From the NCBI GenBank assembly GCA_964016885.1, contig OZ024740.1:284580001-284644000 (forward strand): a stretch of DNA of 64,000 nt. The letters run 5' to 3'. The notes beneath the pieces are model-generated. The model worked only from the letters and a program-made list of their open reading frames with translations, was not told the origin of the DNA and did not search any database. Both the position numbers and the translations under genes were made by a program. This document shows positions 1 through 12,424 of this stretch, piece by piece. Source of the stretch: Eledone cirrhosa (Eukaryota). Positions within the stretch are counted from its first letter, which is position 1. The number at the start of each line of letters is the position of its first letter.

Positions 1-462
1 TCAATGGCAACCGCGGAGTGGGGAGACCCAAGAAGACCTGGGATGATGTGATAAAAGCTGACCTTACCCAATTACACCTCTCAAAGGCGTAACTGGGTAA
101 ACCTCTGGCGTCACGCAGTAATACAGAGTACCCGACCTCCCATGGGTATAAGCTGAAGCATATAGACAATATGCCCCCACACCCTCCCGCTGCAAGGTGG
201 TCGTGGAGGTGCCACGGCAAAAAAGCACCCAGCCCACACTGTAAAGTGGACGTGTAGGCGCCACCGAAAAAGCACCCAGCACTCACTGTAAATGAGGTTG
301 GTGTTAGGAAGGGCATCCAGCTGTATAAATCAAGCTAAAATCAGTTCCTGTATGAGCAAGGCATGGTCAGCTGACCGGCTACTGCCCACAGCAGGACAAC
401 CCGTCTAACCCATGCTAGCGTGGAAGAACGGACGTAAAACGGTGATGATGATGATGATGATG
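1..462 (+). mobile_element. RTE-clade LINE 3' end
   Basis: Begins with the ORF end (GNRGVGRPKKTWDDVIKADL), continues through a 3' UTR with aaaagcacccagc...ctgtaaa sub-repeats, and ends in ...ggacgtaaaacg followed by a (GAT)n tail as in the other RTE copies here. Confidence 0.85.
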
Positions 463-510
463 ATTCCAATGATTCTACCAATCCACTCTGTGAAAATAAT
501 AATAATAATA

Positions 511-2515
511 TTTGTTTCTACTTTAGGCACAAGGCCAGCAATTACCCAGTTCATTACTGGTATTTTATTTTATCGACCCCCGTAAGGATGAAAGGCAAAG
601 TCAACCTCGGCAGGATTTGAACTCAGATTGTAAAGGGACGTAACTATGCTGGAAAGCATGGCGTCCGACCCTCTACCTATACTGCCAATTCACCGCCGTT
701 AATAATAATAATATTGGTTTCTGATTTATGCACAAGGCCAACAATTTGGGGTTTGGGGGCAGAGAAAAGTCGACTAAATCAACCCAGTGCATTACTGGTA
801 CTTTATTTTATTGACCCCCGTAAGGATCAAAGACAAAGCTAACCATGGCACGATTTGAACTTAGATCGTAAAGGACCATAACTCTATGCCATAAAGCATG
901 TTGGCAGATGCTCCACCAAGAACTGCCAATCCACTGCCCTAATAATAATAAATATTGTTTCTACATTAGGCACAAGGCCAACAATTTGAAGGGAAGGGGA
1001 AAGTCAATTAAATCGATACCAGTGCATGACTGGTACTTTATTTTATCGACCTCATAAGGATGAAAGGCAAAGCTAACCTTGGCAGGATTTGAACTCAGAC
1101 CATAAAGGGATGTAACCACCACCCTAATGATAATAACATTAACACTTTAGCACTTAAACCAGCCATATCTGGCCAGAATTCTTTCACCTATTTCTGTTCA
1201 AACCAGCTGTAACCGACCACTCATACTTACGTTAAGGTATTGTTCTCAAAATATATAACATCAACATCTTGTAGATTCAATATTATGTGAGATAATTACG
1301 TGAGCTAAAGCCTTTACAACAAAAATACAATAGTAAATATAGAGTAGTGTAAATGTTAAAGGGTTTATGGTTTCTGATTTAGGCTCAAAGCAAGAACTGG
1401 ATTGACATGCACAACCAGGTTAGAAGTTGTATCACGAATGGTAGGTGTAGGAATTTGCTAGGGCAGTGGATTGGCAGTATCGGTAGCGAGTCAGGCACTA
1501 TGCTTTGATGCATAGAGTTATGGCCCTTGCCATTCTGAGTTCAAATCCCGCCGAGGTCAACTTTGCCTTTCATCCTTACGGGGTCGATAAAATAAAGTAC
1601 CAGTAATGCACTGGGATAATTACTGGCCTTGTGTCAAAAGTAGGAACAATTATTATTGTTAGCATCACTATGTACTGGTAATTGCTGGAACAAATACTGC
1701 AAAGTGTTTTTCTGATGTGCTAACAATTCTGCCAATGTAGCATTAATAATTTCTAACTTTGACAAAGGTCCCCAAATTTAATAGGTGGCAACTAGTTGAT
1801 CAAATCAACCTCAGTACAAAACTGGTACCTTATTTTATTGCCCCCAGAAAGATGAAAAACAAAGTTGATCTCTGCAGGATTTGAACTAAGAACATCACAG
1901 GCTGTAATAATTGTTTCTACTTTAGGCACAAGGCCAGCAATTACCCAGTACATTACTGGTACTTTATTTTATCGACCCCGTAAGGATGAAAGGCAAAGTT
2001 AACCTCGGCGGGATTTGAACTCAGATCGTAAAGGGACGTAACTATGCTGGAAAGCATGGCGTCTGACCCTCTACCGATACTGCCAATCCACCTGTAATAA
2101 TGGTTTCTGACTTTTAGGCACAAGGTCAACAATTTTGGAGGAGGGGAAGTTACTTAAATCAACTACAGTGAGATACTGGTACTTTATTTTATCTACCCCG
2201 TAAGAATGAAAGGCAAAACCAACCTCAGCAGGATTTGAAATCAGAAAGTAAAGGGATGTAACTATATGCAGCAAAGCATATTCTCCAATGCTCTGCCAAT
2301 CCCTCGCCCTTGGGCAATAGTAATAATTGTTTCTACTTTTGGCACAAGGCCAGCAATTACCCAGTGCATTACTGGTACTTTATTTTATCGACCCTGTAAG
2401 GATAAAAGGCAAAGTTAACCTCGGCAGGATTTGAACTCAGACCATAAAGGAGCGTAACTCTATGCTGCAAAGCAAGCATGGCATCCAACCATCTACCGAT
2501 ACTGCTAATCCACCA
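511..2515. mobile_element. Cluster of about 8 tRNA-derived SINE copies (family 1), mostly minus strand
   Basis: Approximate copies: 511-700, 714-940, 953-1125, 1750-1905, 1906-2095, 2096-2312, 2325-2515 (minus) and 1460-1655 (plus). Each shows an A-box TGGCAGTATCGG, B-box GAGTTCAAATCC, central TTTGCCTTTCATCCTTACGGGGTCGATAAAATAAAGTACCAG and an (ATT)n tail. Confidence 0.9.
1143..1363. mobile_element. TTAA-flanked MITE (piggyBac-like termini)
   Basis: TTAA|CACTTTAGCACTTA...TAAATGTTAAAGGG|TTTA. Homologous copies of about 215-220 bp at 10195-10414, 33406-33618 and about 54610-54812, with TTAA flanks where the ends are intact. Confidence 0.75.
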
Positions 2516-2894
2516 CAACAGTAATAATAATAATAATTGTTTTTACATTTACTCAAAGGCCAGAAGTTTTCACAGAGACACAATGTAGCATAAAGCAACA
2601 GAGGATGATAGAAACTGGATGTAAGAGTTGGGTTGCAGACTACTTAATTTATCCCTCTTATATCAGACCCAACACCAACACCCCTATTATCTACAATACC
2701 ATGCAGTTCGGTGGTTGATGAAAAGTAAAAATCAACAGCCCCAATGACATTTGAACCGAGAACATAGGATGATAAAACTAGGTACTCTAAGGAATATTTT
2801 TGTTTATTTTTAATCAGGGTGGGCTACAGTGTCTGCTCATTGCTATTTCAGTACTGAAATAATACTGGAGGTATTGTGTGGCAGTGTTATGTTA

Positions 2895-3340
2895 TATGTG
2901 TGTGTTTTGTGTTATTGTGTCTATGTGTGTGAGTGAGTGTTTGGGGGTGAGGGTGAGGGTGTGGGTGTAGGTAGGTGTGTGAGTGTGAATGTTTATGCAT
3001 GGGTGTGGGGATGTGTGTGAGAGAAAAGGGGAATTTCTTGTGTGTATAAATGTGTGAACATACGTGTGTTTATGTGTGGGAGAGAATATCTTCTGAGCAA
3101 CTGCTGTGTGTGTGTGTGTGAGAGAGAGTGTGTGTGTGCGTGTGTGTGTGTGTGTGTGTGAGAATGTGTGAGTGTGTGCCTGCTTGTTAGCGTTAGAGGG
3201 AATTTCTTGTGAGTGTGTACAATGTAGGAGCAAGCATGTGTATGTTTATGTGTGCAGCAGTTGTAGTAGTGCTGGTGCTGGTGCTGGTTGTGGTGGTTTT
3301 GATGGTGGTGATGGTGATGATGGTGGTGAAGATGGTGATG
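2895..3340. repeat. (GT)n/(GGT)n low-complexity tract
   Basis: The source of the His/Thr-rich spurious ORFs. Confidence 0.9.
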
Positions 3341-3484
3341 CCATGAAGGGTATAAACAAGGAGTTTCCACTGCTGGGGATTATTACGAAGAAGAAAAGAT
3401 TGCAATAAGAGTAAGAGAGAAAGTTTTGCTTTGTGGAATTTCAAATTTTAACTCCTTCACCATTAAAAAAAAGAAAAGTAAAAT

Positions 3485-4075
3485 GTGGCAGTATTGGTAG
3501 GGTCGGACACCATGCTTTCCAGCATAAAGTTATGCCCCTTTATAATCTGAGTTCAAATCCCACCAAGGTTCATTTTGCCTTTCATCCTTATGGGGTTAAT
3601 AAAATAAAGTACCAGTAATGCACTGGGATAATTGCTGGCCTTGTGCCAAAAAGTAGAAACAATTATTATTTACCATTGTTATTATCCTTATTATACTTTA
3701 GGGCGGTGGACTGGCAGTATCGGTAAAGGGTCGGACGCCATGCTTTGTAGCACAGTTACGTCCCTTTACGGACTGAGTTCAAATCCCGCCGAGGTTAACT
3801 TTGCCTTTCATCCTTACGGGGTCGATAAAATAAAGTACCAGTAATACACTGGGATAATTGCTGGCCTTGTGCCAAAAAGTAGAAACAGTTATTATCCTTA
3901 TTATTATTATGGCCCTTTACGCGCTGAGTTCAAATCCCAGCAAGGTTAGCTTTGCCTTTCATCCTTACAGGGTCGATAAAATAAAGTACCAGTGGTGCAC
4001 TGGGGTCGATTTAATCGACTTTCCCCTCCCCCAAAATTGCTGGCCTTGTGCCTATATAAGAAACCATTATTATTA
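3485..4075 (+). mobile_element. Three tandem family-1 SINE copies
   Basis: Copies at about 3485-3670, 3700-3895 and 3910-4075 share the B-box and central domain. The recurrent small ORFs ending FAFHPYGVDKIKYQ are read-throughs of this SINE. Confidence 0.9.
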
Positions 4076-4152
4076 GGTTGGTGGATTGGCAGTATCAATA
4101 GAGCGTAGAACAGCAGAGGTGGCGGTGATGGTGATGGTGGTGGTAGTGGTTT

Positions 4153-4189
<37 letters not shown>

Positions 4190-4713
4190 CTTTATTTTTC
4201 ATAGAAGTACACCAAAAGTTTCATTTCTTATATCAGAAAGAAATATATTCATATTGGAAAACAGACATAAAATATATAAATTCAATTTCGACTGGAAAAT
4301 ATGGAAAACGTTGATGATACAACAAAGCACATTTAGGATTTGTAACTCCATTGATAGAATATAATACGGAAGCTACCCAATTCTGTTTTCAATAAATACT
4401 TGGGCATAATTGATGACTGTTTAGCTGTGTAAGGGAGAAAGGAAAATGAATATTCTAACAGAGCTATTAATTTTCAAACTCATCTAAATAGCAAAACTAC
4501 CATCTGTGCCTTTTAGACATTAGCAGGGGCAGCCATAACATATGGTTCTTCAGTATTGAAGTGGAACATAATAAACCTAGATTCTCTAGACCATAGTTGT
4601 AGTAATCTTCTAAAATAGTTGTATGTATGACATAATAAGTCTGACATCAAACAACAATATATCCCAAGAAGAAAAGGTTAGAGGATACTATTGAGCATCA
4701 AGGAGAAGTTTAA

Positions 4714-5374
4714 CCCTTTTCATACGAAACTGCCTGAAACAGCTCCTGGTTTTATGATATGAAATGGAATGGCAGTATTGGTAAAGCATCGGACAACATG
4801 CTTTGTGGCATATAGTCACGGCCCTTTATGTTCTGAGTTCAAATCACACCAATGTTAGCTTTGTCTTTCATCCTTACAGAATCGATAAAATAAAGTACCA
4901 GTAGCACACTGTGGTTGATTTAATCGACTTTCTCCTCTCCTAAAATTGCTAGCCTTATGCCTGAATCAGATACCATTTATCTAAAAATCTTCCATCATAA
5001 TTTTATGTATGAACCATTATTATGTTCTAAACACCAACTTAATAATGGTTTCTGATTTAGGTACAAGGCCAACAATTTTAGGGAAAGGAGAAGTCTATTA
5101 AATCAACTTCAGTGTGTTACTGGTACTTTATTTTATCGATCCATAAGGCTGAAAGGCAAAGCTAACCTAAGCAGGATTAGAAATCAGAATTCAGAGGGAC
5201 ATAACTATGAGCTGCAAATATTGTCCGATGTTCTATCGATACTGCCAATCCACCACCCTACTAAATACCAACATGATAATGAGGAAGTTAGTTATATCAG
5301 TAAATTCCTTCAAATTCTTCATTATTAGAAAACTATAAACAATGTGTTTCATTAGAAATATGGTAATGAAAGGG
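4714..5374. mobile_element. Second TTAA-flanked MITE family, carrying two nested SINEs
   Basis: TTAA|CCCTTTTCATAC...GTAATGAAAGGG|TTAA. Relatives at about 33337-33750 (itself interrupted by the other TTAA MITE) and about 38965-39235. Confidence 0.7.
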
Positions 5375-6239
5375 TTAAGAAAACAATCATCAATGTTACC
5401 CTCTACTTTTCCAACTCACAAGAAATTTTCTTAACCTATTTTGATTGTATTCATACAAAAAGTATTAAACAGATTACCACCAAAATAACAACATTTTCCA
5501 AAAGAATTTAATTGAATTTTGAACAACACTTAAAGCAAATAGAAAGAACCTGATAACTGCCATTAAGTAACATGGAAAATACAGAAAGCTTTTTTCCTGT
5601 ATACAAAAAAAAAAAATGAAAAAAATACTACCTAGAAGCTAACTACACTGAAACAACAGATGTAGATAAAAAAAATACAGCAAAAAAGTTAAAAAGCACA
5701 GAAACAATATGAAAAAGGAGTGACAAAATATACTGAAGAAGATGTGGTGAGAGAGAAACCACACCCCAGCCAATACATTGCAAGGTTTAACAGAGAAGTT
5801 AGTGGGAGTGAAAGTCAACTCTGGACTAAAAGCAGTAACAGAAGTACTGATTCTTGTAACACAAGACAAAAAAAAATATAAATATATAATGCTGACCACA
5901 CAACTTGTGTATGGAGGCATGTGGCCTAGTGGTAAGGTTGTTGGACTTAAGATCATAATGTTATGGGTTTGATTCCTGGGCTGGGTTGTATGTTGTGTTC
6001 ATGAGCAAAACATTTCATTTCATGTTGCTCCAGTACTCTCAGCTGAAAATGAGTACTAGCAATAGCTGGAGGTTTAACCATGCAATGGATTGGCATCCTG
6101 TCCAGGAAGAAGTCTTGTATACTGAGTTGCTTCATGCCATGAACTGGGATAAGCTCTAGCCTGAAAGCACTAGGCTTGAGACAGACTTTTAGACCACACA
6201 ACTCAGGAACATTGAGATGCACATAGTGATGCTAACAAT

Positions 6240-6425
6240 AATAATTGTTTCTACTTTTGACACAAGGCCAGTAATTATCCCAGTGCATTACTGGTACTTT
6301 ATTTTATCGACTCCGTAAGGATGAAAGGCAAAGTTAACCTCGGCAGGATTTGAACGCAGAATGGCAAGGGCCGTAACTCTATGCGTCAAAGCATGGCCTC
6401 CAGCTTTCTTCCGATACTGCCAATA
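6240..6425 (-). mobile_element. Family-1 SINE (representative of dispersed copies)
   Basis: Same consensus. Other copies at about 4765-4980(+), 5043-5260(-), 11400-11577(+), 14056-14240(+), 15630-15812(-), 22493-22615(-), 31570-31730(+), 36528-36785(+), 45010-45207(-) and 63428-63630(-). Confidence 0.88.
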
Positions 6426-6652
6426 ATAATAATAATAATACATATAAAAATGAGAAAACTCTTCGCTTGAACAACCATTAAAACAGCTAAATTCTGTCAA
6501 AGACAGCGATTGACAAAATTGCCTCAGAGGACAGAGACCAGCAGCTAGTGGTCAACAGAGACAATCCACTAGGTGGGTGATAATAATGTTCCTATAATTA
6601 TCGGTACTAGTATTACCTTATTTATTTCACCTTTTCATACTTTCAAAATTTT

Positions 6653-6777
6653 ATATTTGAGATCATTGTAGTAGTTTTATAGGTCATTGTAATAGTTTCA
6701 TATTTGAGGTCATTGGAGTAGTTTTATAGGTCATTGTAATAGTTTTATATTTGAGATCATTGTAGTAGTTTTATAGG
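6653..6777. repeat. 47-bp tandem repeat, about 2.6 copies
   Basis: ATATTTGAGATCATTGTAGTAGTTTTATAGGTCATTGTAATAGTTTC recurs at 6653 and 6700 and partially again. The unit is itself a dimer of TCATTGTARTAGTTT. Confidence 0.85.
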
Positions 6778-6799
6778 ATGTGTTACAGATAATCTTTCT

Positions 6800-7020
6800 A
6801 GAAATTTACAACAAATTAGATTTGACCTTGGTAGAGAGCTTGTTCAAAATACATGTCTGCTTGGCACTGCCAGGATAATCAGAAAAGTGATGGACACCAC
6901 CTAGAAGAACAGAAATCACTTTTTATTATCTTAAGCTCTGAAATGGAGCCTGATGGTAGGAAGAACACTACCGGTAGTTAACATCAACACTGTGTGAAAA
7001 TAAATAATAATAATAATAAT
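6800..7020 (+). mobile_element. R4/Dong-like non-LTR retrotransposon 3' fragment
   Basis: Encodes ELVQNTCLLGTARIIRKVMDTT*, the C-terminal motif typical of R4/Dong restriction-like endonuclease ORFs, and ends in (TAA)n. Confidence 0.7.
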
Positions 7021-7029
7021 TTTTTTTCC

Positions 7030-7480
7030 TTTTTTGTGAGGTTTCTCTAGCAATCAATTGCTTGGTACAGAGTAGTAATTGGCCTCAGATCCTTCCCTTA
7101 TCTCAGAAGCTCAATATATCACATAGGAATCTGGCAGTGCTAGTGATGGTAAAAATTTGGACACAGCTTATGAAATCGAGTATCCCAAAGCTTTTGATGA
7201 AAGATATAAGACATTTAAGGACCTTGCCTAGCGCCCCAATGATGATTGGCACAACATCTGTCTCTACATGGTGATCAGTTCTAATAGTACTTGCAAGGTC
7301 TGCTTACTTATTGATCTTTGCTATTTCCTTTTCAGTCACATTGTTGTCTTGAGGGACTGCAATATCAATTAGAGTCCATTTGGGGGAATTGTTTGTTTTT
7401 ACAACAATATCAAGGCAGTTGTGTTGGACATTGTTTGTGGTCTTGATCTCAAGAGCCCAAAATAACTCTACTCCCTCCCC
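7030..7480 (-). mobile_element. R4/Dong-like RLE domain fragment (pseudogenised)
   Basis: ELFWALEIKTTNNVQHNCLDIVVK...LIDIAVPQDNNVTEKEIAKINK*ADLA...VVPIIIGALG matches the RPDIV...IDIAVP.D.N...KE.EKI.KY endonuclease motif. Confidence 0.8.
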
Positions 7481-7519
7481 TGATACATACATAGACACAT
7501 ATACACACATACATACATA

Positions 7520-8125
7520 CATAATGGCTGCAAACTTATGCTAAGAGTATTGCAATCACTTGTCAGATTTAGATTGACACTCGGATATGGCTTTTCAAGC
7601 CTGCTAGAGACTTGCACTTCTTCACACACTGATGACAACTATGGATCTCCCTGGCCTCAGGTCTTGCATCAGGTTGCCTGTGAACCTTCACAATACCATA
7701 GAGATCATAGTTTACTGGCTCTCTCTGAACATGGCTGCAAATGTGGCTCCTGAGACCAGATTTGCTCAAGAAAATCTTTCCACACTCAGGGCACACCAAT
7801 TCAATGGGGACACCAATCGTTTCGAGAGATACACCAGGGCATTGCTTATGCACATCCCATTTGATCTTCTCGTGCTCTATGCGTCTGTCCTCAAAATTAT
7901 GGACCCCATCATTCAATATTCCACACCAAGTTTCTCTTTCTATCTCCCAATCAGCCACCATCAAACCAATTTTTTCAATGAGTCCTTTACACAATCTTTG
8001 AATCAGTGCTTTGGCCTCTGAGGTGGTCTCTTACCTTTACAAAGCTCACCATGCAAAATTTGTTTCAGGATTCGATCGTCCACCATTCTGCAGAGGTGTC
8101 TGGTCTATCGCAAATGTTGTATCAT
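7520..8125 (-). mobile_element. RTE/BovB-like LINE 3' fragment with C-terminal C2H2 zinc fingers
   Basis: One frame gives HLCRMVDDRILKQILHGELCKGKRPPQRPK (RTE post-RT motif). The next gives CPECGKIFLSKSGLRSH and CHQCVKKCKSLAGLKSH. It ends GCAGCCATTATG followed by a (TATG)n tail. Confidence 0.8.
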
Positions 8126-9334
8126 ACATACATACATACACACTTATGCCTTTAGGTCAGTCATGAACATTATAAACTCCATTTTTTCCTTTCTTTCAAG
8201 TTAATACATGTTTATTATGATGAAAGAACAAACAGTAAATTCTATCATATCAGCACATGGGTTAAATAGATATTTATCCTTTTCTATATTAGAATTGTTC
8301 AACATTTTTATAGATATTTGATTTGCAAAGAGTTTTCTTACAGGATTCATGAACCAAACAGAAAATTACTTTCTGATTATTACAGTAGCCTTGATTTTTA
8401 TATCAGTAATATAATGGCTGAGTGACTACAAAGTTCATTTTGCAATCACCAGGTCTCAGTTCAATCCCATGGCTTGACATCTTCAGCAAATGTAATTTAC
8501 CATAGCCCAAAGGGAAATTGACTATATGGAGACTGTTTGGAAGCCTATTGGATGGAATGTACCTGTATTTCAAAGAGCCAATCTTGTTACACACTGTGTC
8601 ACACTGAATATTCCTATGAATTACATTAAGGGTATAAGTGAAGACTGATGGCTTAATGGTTAGAGTGTTGGACTTGCAATCGGGAGGTTGTGTGTTCAAT
8701 TCTCGTACCTTTGCTCCTGTTTACTCTGCTGTAGAAATGAGTTGCAGCGTCACTAGTGCCAAACTGTATCAGCCATTGCCTTTCCCTTGGACAACATCGG
8801 TGGCATGGATATTTATACATGTGGTGAGCCACATATATTTTAGCCAATAGAAAAAGCAAAAATGAATGCTTCACGTTCAAAAGGAGGATGACTCAAGAAG
8901 AAGCTATATATCTGTGGGATGCTTAGCCACTTGCAAGCTGCTCCATTGACCAAACAACTGGAACACCCATCAATGAAAGGAGGTTCATTCAGAGTTTGTA
9001 AAGAATTTTTCTAGTTATCATTAGACAAGTAACAACATTTATTTCCCTTATTGTACCCAGTATGTGTTTATTACCATCAAAGTGTAGACACTATCTAGAG
9101 TAGATAGTATTAACAAAACATTCCATAGATTACATTATAGTGTTGTTGTTTATCCCTAAGCTGTTTCTCATTGAGCAAATCTCTAATAAAAAAAAGTTCC
9201 AATCTTCATTATTCCATTTTTTTTTGGAATGTACCTCTGAGTTTATGCTGTCCAACTAATTCTTCTTTATTGAAAACAGTAGAGAGGGAGTTGAGGGATC
9301 TTGACTTCTATTTCAAGCAAGTTGAGTGACTGTA

Positions 9335-9548
9335 CGAGAGTGGGCTGAAAAGTTCATAGGCTGACTATGAAGGAGTGATGCTAGAACTGTGAAATCTTGC
9401 ATGCATTAATTTCAATTCTTCTTATTGATAACTGCATTGTTTCTTTCCAGGGACTAATTTGAAAAATAAACCTTATTTGGTCATTCCATGAGAGTATCTT
9501 GGTCAGCATACAAACTTTTCAGCCTATAAACTTTTCAGCCAACCCTTG
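9335..9548. mobile_element. Tc1/mariner-type MITE
   Basis: TA|CGAGAGTGGGCTGAAAAGTTCATAGGCTGA...CTTTTCAGCCAACCCTTG|TA. A second copy is at 29911-30123 and a partial copy at about 33090-33165. Confidence 0.85.
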
Positions 9549-10016
9549 TATACACACTTCTACTACATAAGGTGATTTTTATAAGGTACAAAAATATTCT
9601 TTATTAACAATATATGTCTTTAAATAGGAAAAATCAATGTCCATATAACTTCAGAATATAATCAATAAAAATAACTTGGCCAGGCAAATTAGTTGTGTAA
9701 ACTGTGTGAATGTGTCTAAGAAATGGTTTTGTAAACTTGTAAACAGAATTTGTAGCTAAGCTAGTGAGTGAACTTCTAAGTAGATGCCTCATCTTAGAGA
9801 GAGGGAGCTAAGTCTATAACAACATTATCTTTTTGACTACACAGCTATTATTCTGGCACTTTACTATTTCTGCCAACCTTATAACAATAGCATCATCATC
9901 ATTTTACATCTGCTTCCTATGGTGGCTTAAGTTGAATGGTTCACAATGGTCCATGTCAGTTCTTATTTGGAGTTACTGCACTTTTAAATGAATTAGAGGC
10001 CCATGTGTTGCTCATA

Positions 10017-10106
10017 CAGGGGGTCCTAAAAAATGTATAGTCCATTCTAATAAATATTGCCTGTACAGGTAATCAAAGTATGTATACATCTTTGGGGGAC
10101 ATCCTG
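10017..10106. mobile_element. 90-bp Tc1-type MITE
   Basis: TA|CAGGGGGTCCTAAAAAATGTATA...TATACATCTTTGGGGGACATCCTG|TA, with imperfect TIRs and a TA duplication. Confidence 0.7.
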
Positions 10107-10628
10107 TATATTCTATTTTCAGTATGGTTTCTAGAGCTGAATGCTCTTCATAACACCAACCACTTTACAATGTATATTGAGTGCTTTTCTTTAATCCTTT
10201 AACATTTACATTACTCTATATTTACTATTGTATTTTCACCGTAAAAGCTTTACCTCACATAATTACCTTGCATAATATTGAATCTATGAGATTTTGATAT
10301 TATTTATTTTGAGAACAATGCTTTAACATCAGTATGAGCAGCTGGTTATAGCTAGTTTGAACAGAAAAGGTGAGAGAATTCTGGCCAGATATGGCTGGTT
10401 TAAATGCTAAAACGTTAAGCTACCTGCTATTGATCTTTGCTGCCTTCATTTTTCCAGTTTTTCCACACTTGTCTCTTAGCTATAAAGGCTCTATCCATGG
10501 TACTGCTCCACCACCAAGTCACCCTTTGTCTCCTCAGTAGCCTGTAGTAGGTTGTCACATAAACTTCCAATTGTCCTTTATGTCATATGTATCTATCTCC
10601 TTCTTCGTCTCATATGCATCACGTAGAG

Positions 10629-10968
10629 CAGAGGTTCTCAAAGTGGGCACTACCCTCCCCCCTCCCTTGTGGGCGTTGAGATGGTCAAAGGTGGGCGCTG
10701 GGGCTTGGGGTGGTAGAGATGATATAATAGTATCTTAAATATCAAATGATACATATATATAAATATAGTAAAATAAAAAATATATATTTATTTATACATA
10801 GTATATAGTATATATTATATTATCTATTATATATAAATTAACAATTTAATTATGTATCATTTACAATTTGTGTGTGGGCAGGTTTCTCTAGAAATAGGAT
10901 TGGGGGGGGGCTGAGGGTATTACGTGGCTTTGAGGGGAGCGGTGGCCCAAAAAGTTTGAGAACTTCTG
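10629..10968. mobile_element. hAT-type MITE
   Basis: TIRs CAGAGGTTCTCAAA / TTTGAGAACTTCTG and an 8-bp TSD ACGTAGAG / ACATAGAG (one transition). Confidence 0.85.
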
Positions 10969-11792
10969 ACATAGAGCTTTCCTAAACCTATATTTCTCAG
11001 AAAGGTCTATATTTCTCTGTGTTTTTGTTCTGTCCTGTACTTATTCTAATGTTACTAATAACTAACTTATGCTGGGCAGTGTATTCTTCTCTGGAGAAGG
11101 ACTTAACATTTGTAACCATCTGTCACTCATTTTTTCTAACAAATACAAACTCAATCTGGCATGTGTGTTTGCCTGATTGATATGTGATTTCACAACATAT
11201 ATTGGTTACAGTTTAGTTTCCTACATAAACAAGTTAATTTCTATGATATAATATATCTCTTATCTGTTTAGTATTTGTCAGACGATTTATGCTTATATAT
11301 GGCTGATTCGAAGTAAGAGAACGGGTAAGAGATATATTATCTCGTATAAATTGACCTGAATATGTAGAAAATCAAACAGCAAGAAGTATATGTTGTGTGG
11401 TATCATTAGGGTCGGACACCATGCTTTGCAGCAAAGAGTTTCGGCCCTTTATGGTCTGAGTTCAAATCCCACCAAGGTTAACTTTGCCTTTCATCCTTAT
11501 GGGGTCGATAAAATAAAGTACCAGTAATACACTGGGATAATTGCTGGCCTTGTGCCAAAAGTAGAAACAATTATTATGTAATTAATAAATATATAGGTCT
11601 TCTACTTTTTTTACAGCTCTCTCATCACTTGTTGATTATTACACTACACATATACACATACACATATACACTACACATATACACTACACATATACACTAC
11701 ACATATACACATACACAGAAAAACACATATTTATGCATGTTAGTATGGAAAATGGACATTAAACGAGGATGATGATGATATATATATATAAT

Positions 11793-11936
11793 GGAGGCAC
11801 ATGGCTTAGTGGTTAGAGCATTGGCCTTGCAATCGAAAGGTTGTGAGTTCAATTCTCAGACCGGGTGATGTGTTGTTTCCTTGAGCAAGACACTTTATTT
11901 CACATTGCTCCAGTTTACTCAGCTGTAGAAATGAGA
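11793..11936 (+). mobile_element. tRNA-derived CORE-like SINE (family 2)
   Basis: GGAGGCACATGGCTTAGTGGTTAGAGC A-box head, GAGTTCAATTC B-box, then CCTTGAGCAAGACACTT...CAGCTGTAGAAATGAG, resembling the CORE domain. Related copies at about 5913-6200, 8645-8800 and 39870-40030. Confidence 0.75.
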
Positions 11937-12424
11937 TGATAGGGACTGGGGTCCATATCATTCCACTGCAAAGTGGTCGTGGAGGTGCCACGGCAAAAAA
12001 AGCACCCAGCGCTCACTGTAAATGAGGTTGGTGTTAGGAAGGGCATCCAGCTGTAGAAATCAAGCCAGCATCAGTTCTCGTCCCACCCTTGCAAGCAGGG
12101 AAAAAGCAGACGTAAAATAAAATGAAATGATGATAGGAAAATGTGTGAAATCCTTGGTACAGTTAGGTATATTTAAAAAAAGGAAAAGAATGACTTCACT
12201 TGTAGTTCTAAACAATTTGATTTAATTTTATGATATTATGATTTGGTAGATCTAGTAAGTTCTTTGTTAACTTCGATGGGAAGATTTTTAAAGATTCCTG
12301 GTTAACTTTCCTGGAGAACTTTCTCACATTCGTCGGTGGTGATTGTCAAACTGATTTCAATCAAATTATTTAGAACTGCAAGTGAAGTCATTCTTTTCCT
12401 TTTTTAAATATATATATATATATG

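Noticed and set aside
1460-1560. tRNA genes (A and B boxes present)
   Set aside because: The boxes belong to SINE heads that continue into SINE body. I saw no intact cloverleaf with a terminator.
2892-3444. His-rich and Thr-rich ORFs
   Set aside because: They derive from (GT)n and (GGT/GAT)n repeats, with no splice or domain evidence.
3433-4076. Apparent family of small paralogous proteins ending FAFHPYGVDKIKYQ
   Set aside because: Chance reading frames through the SINE central domain.
7569-7994. Host C2H2 zinc-finger gene
   Set aside because: Preceded by an RTE post-RT motif, frameshifted, and followed by a (TATG)n retro-tail. It is TE-derived.
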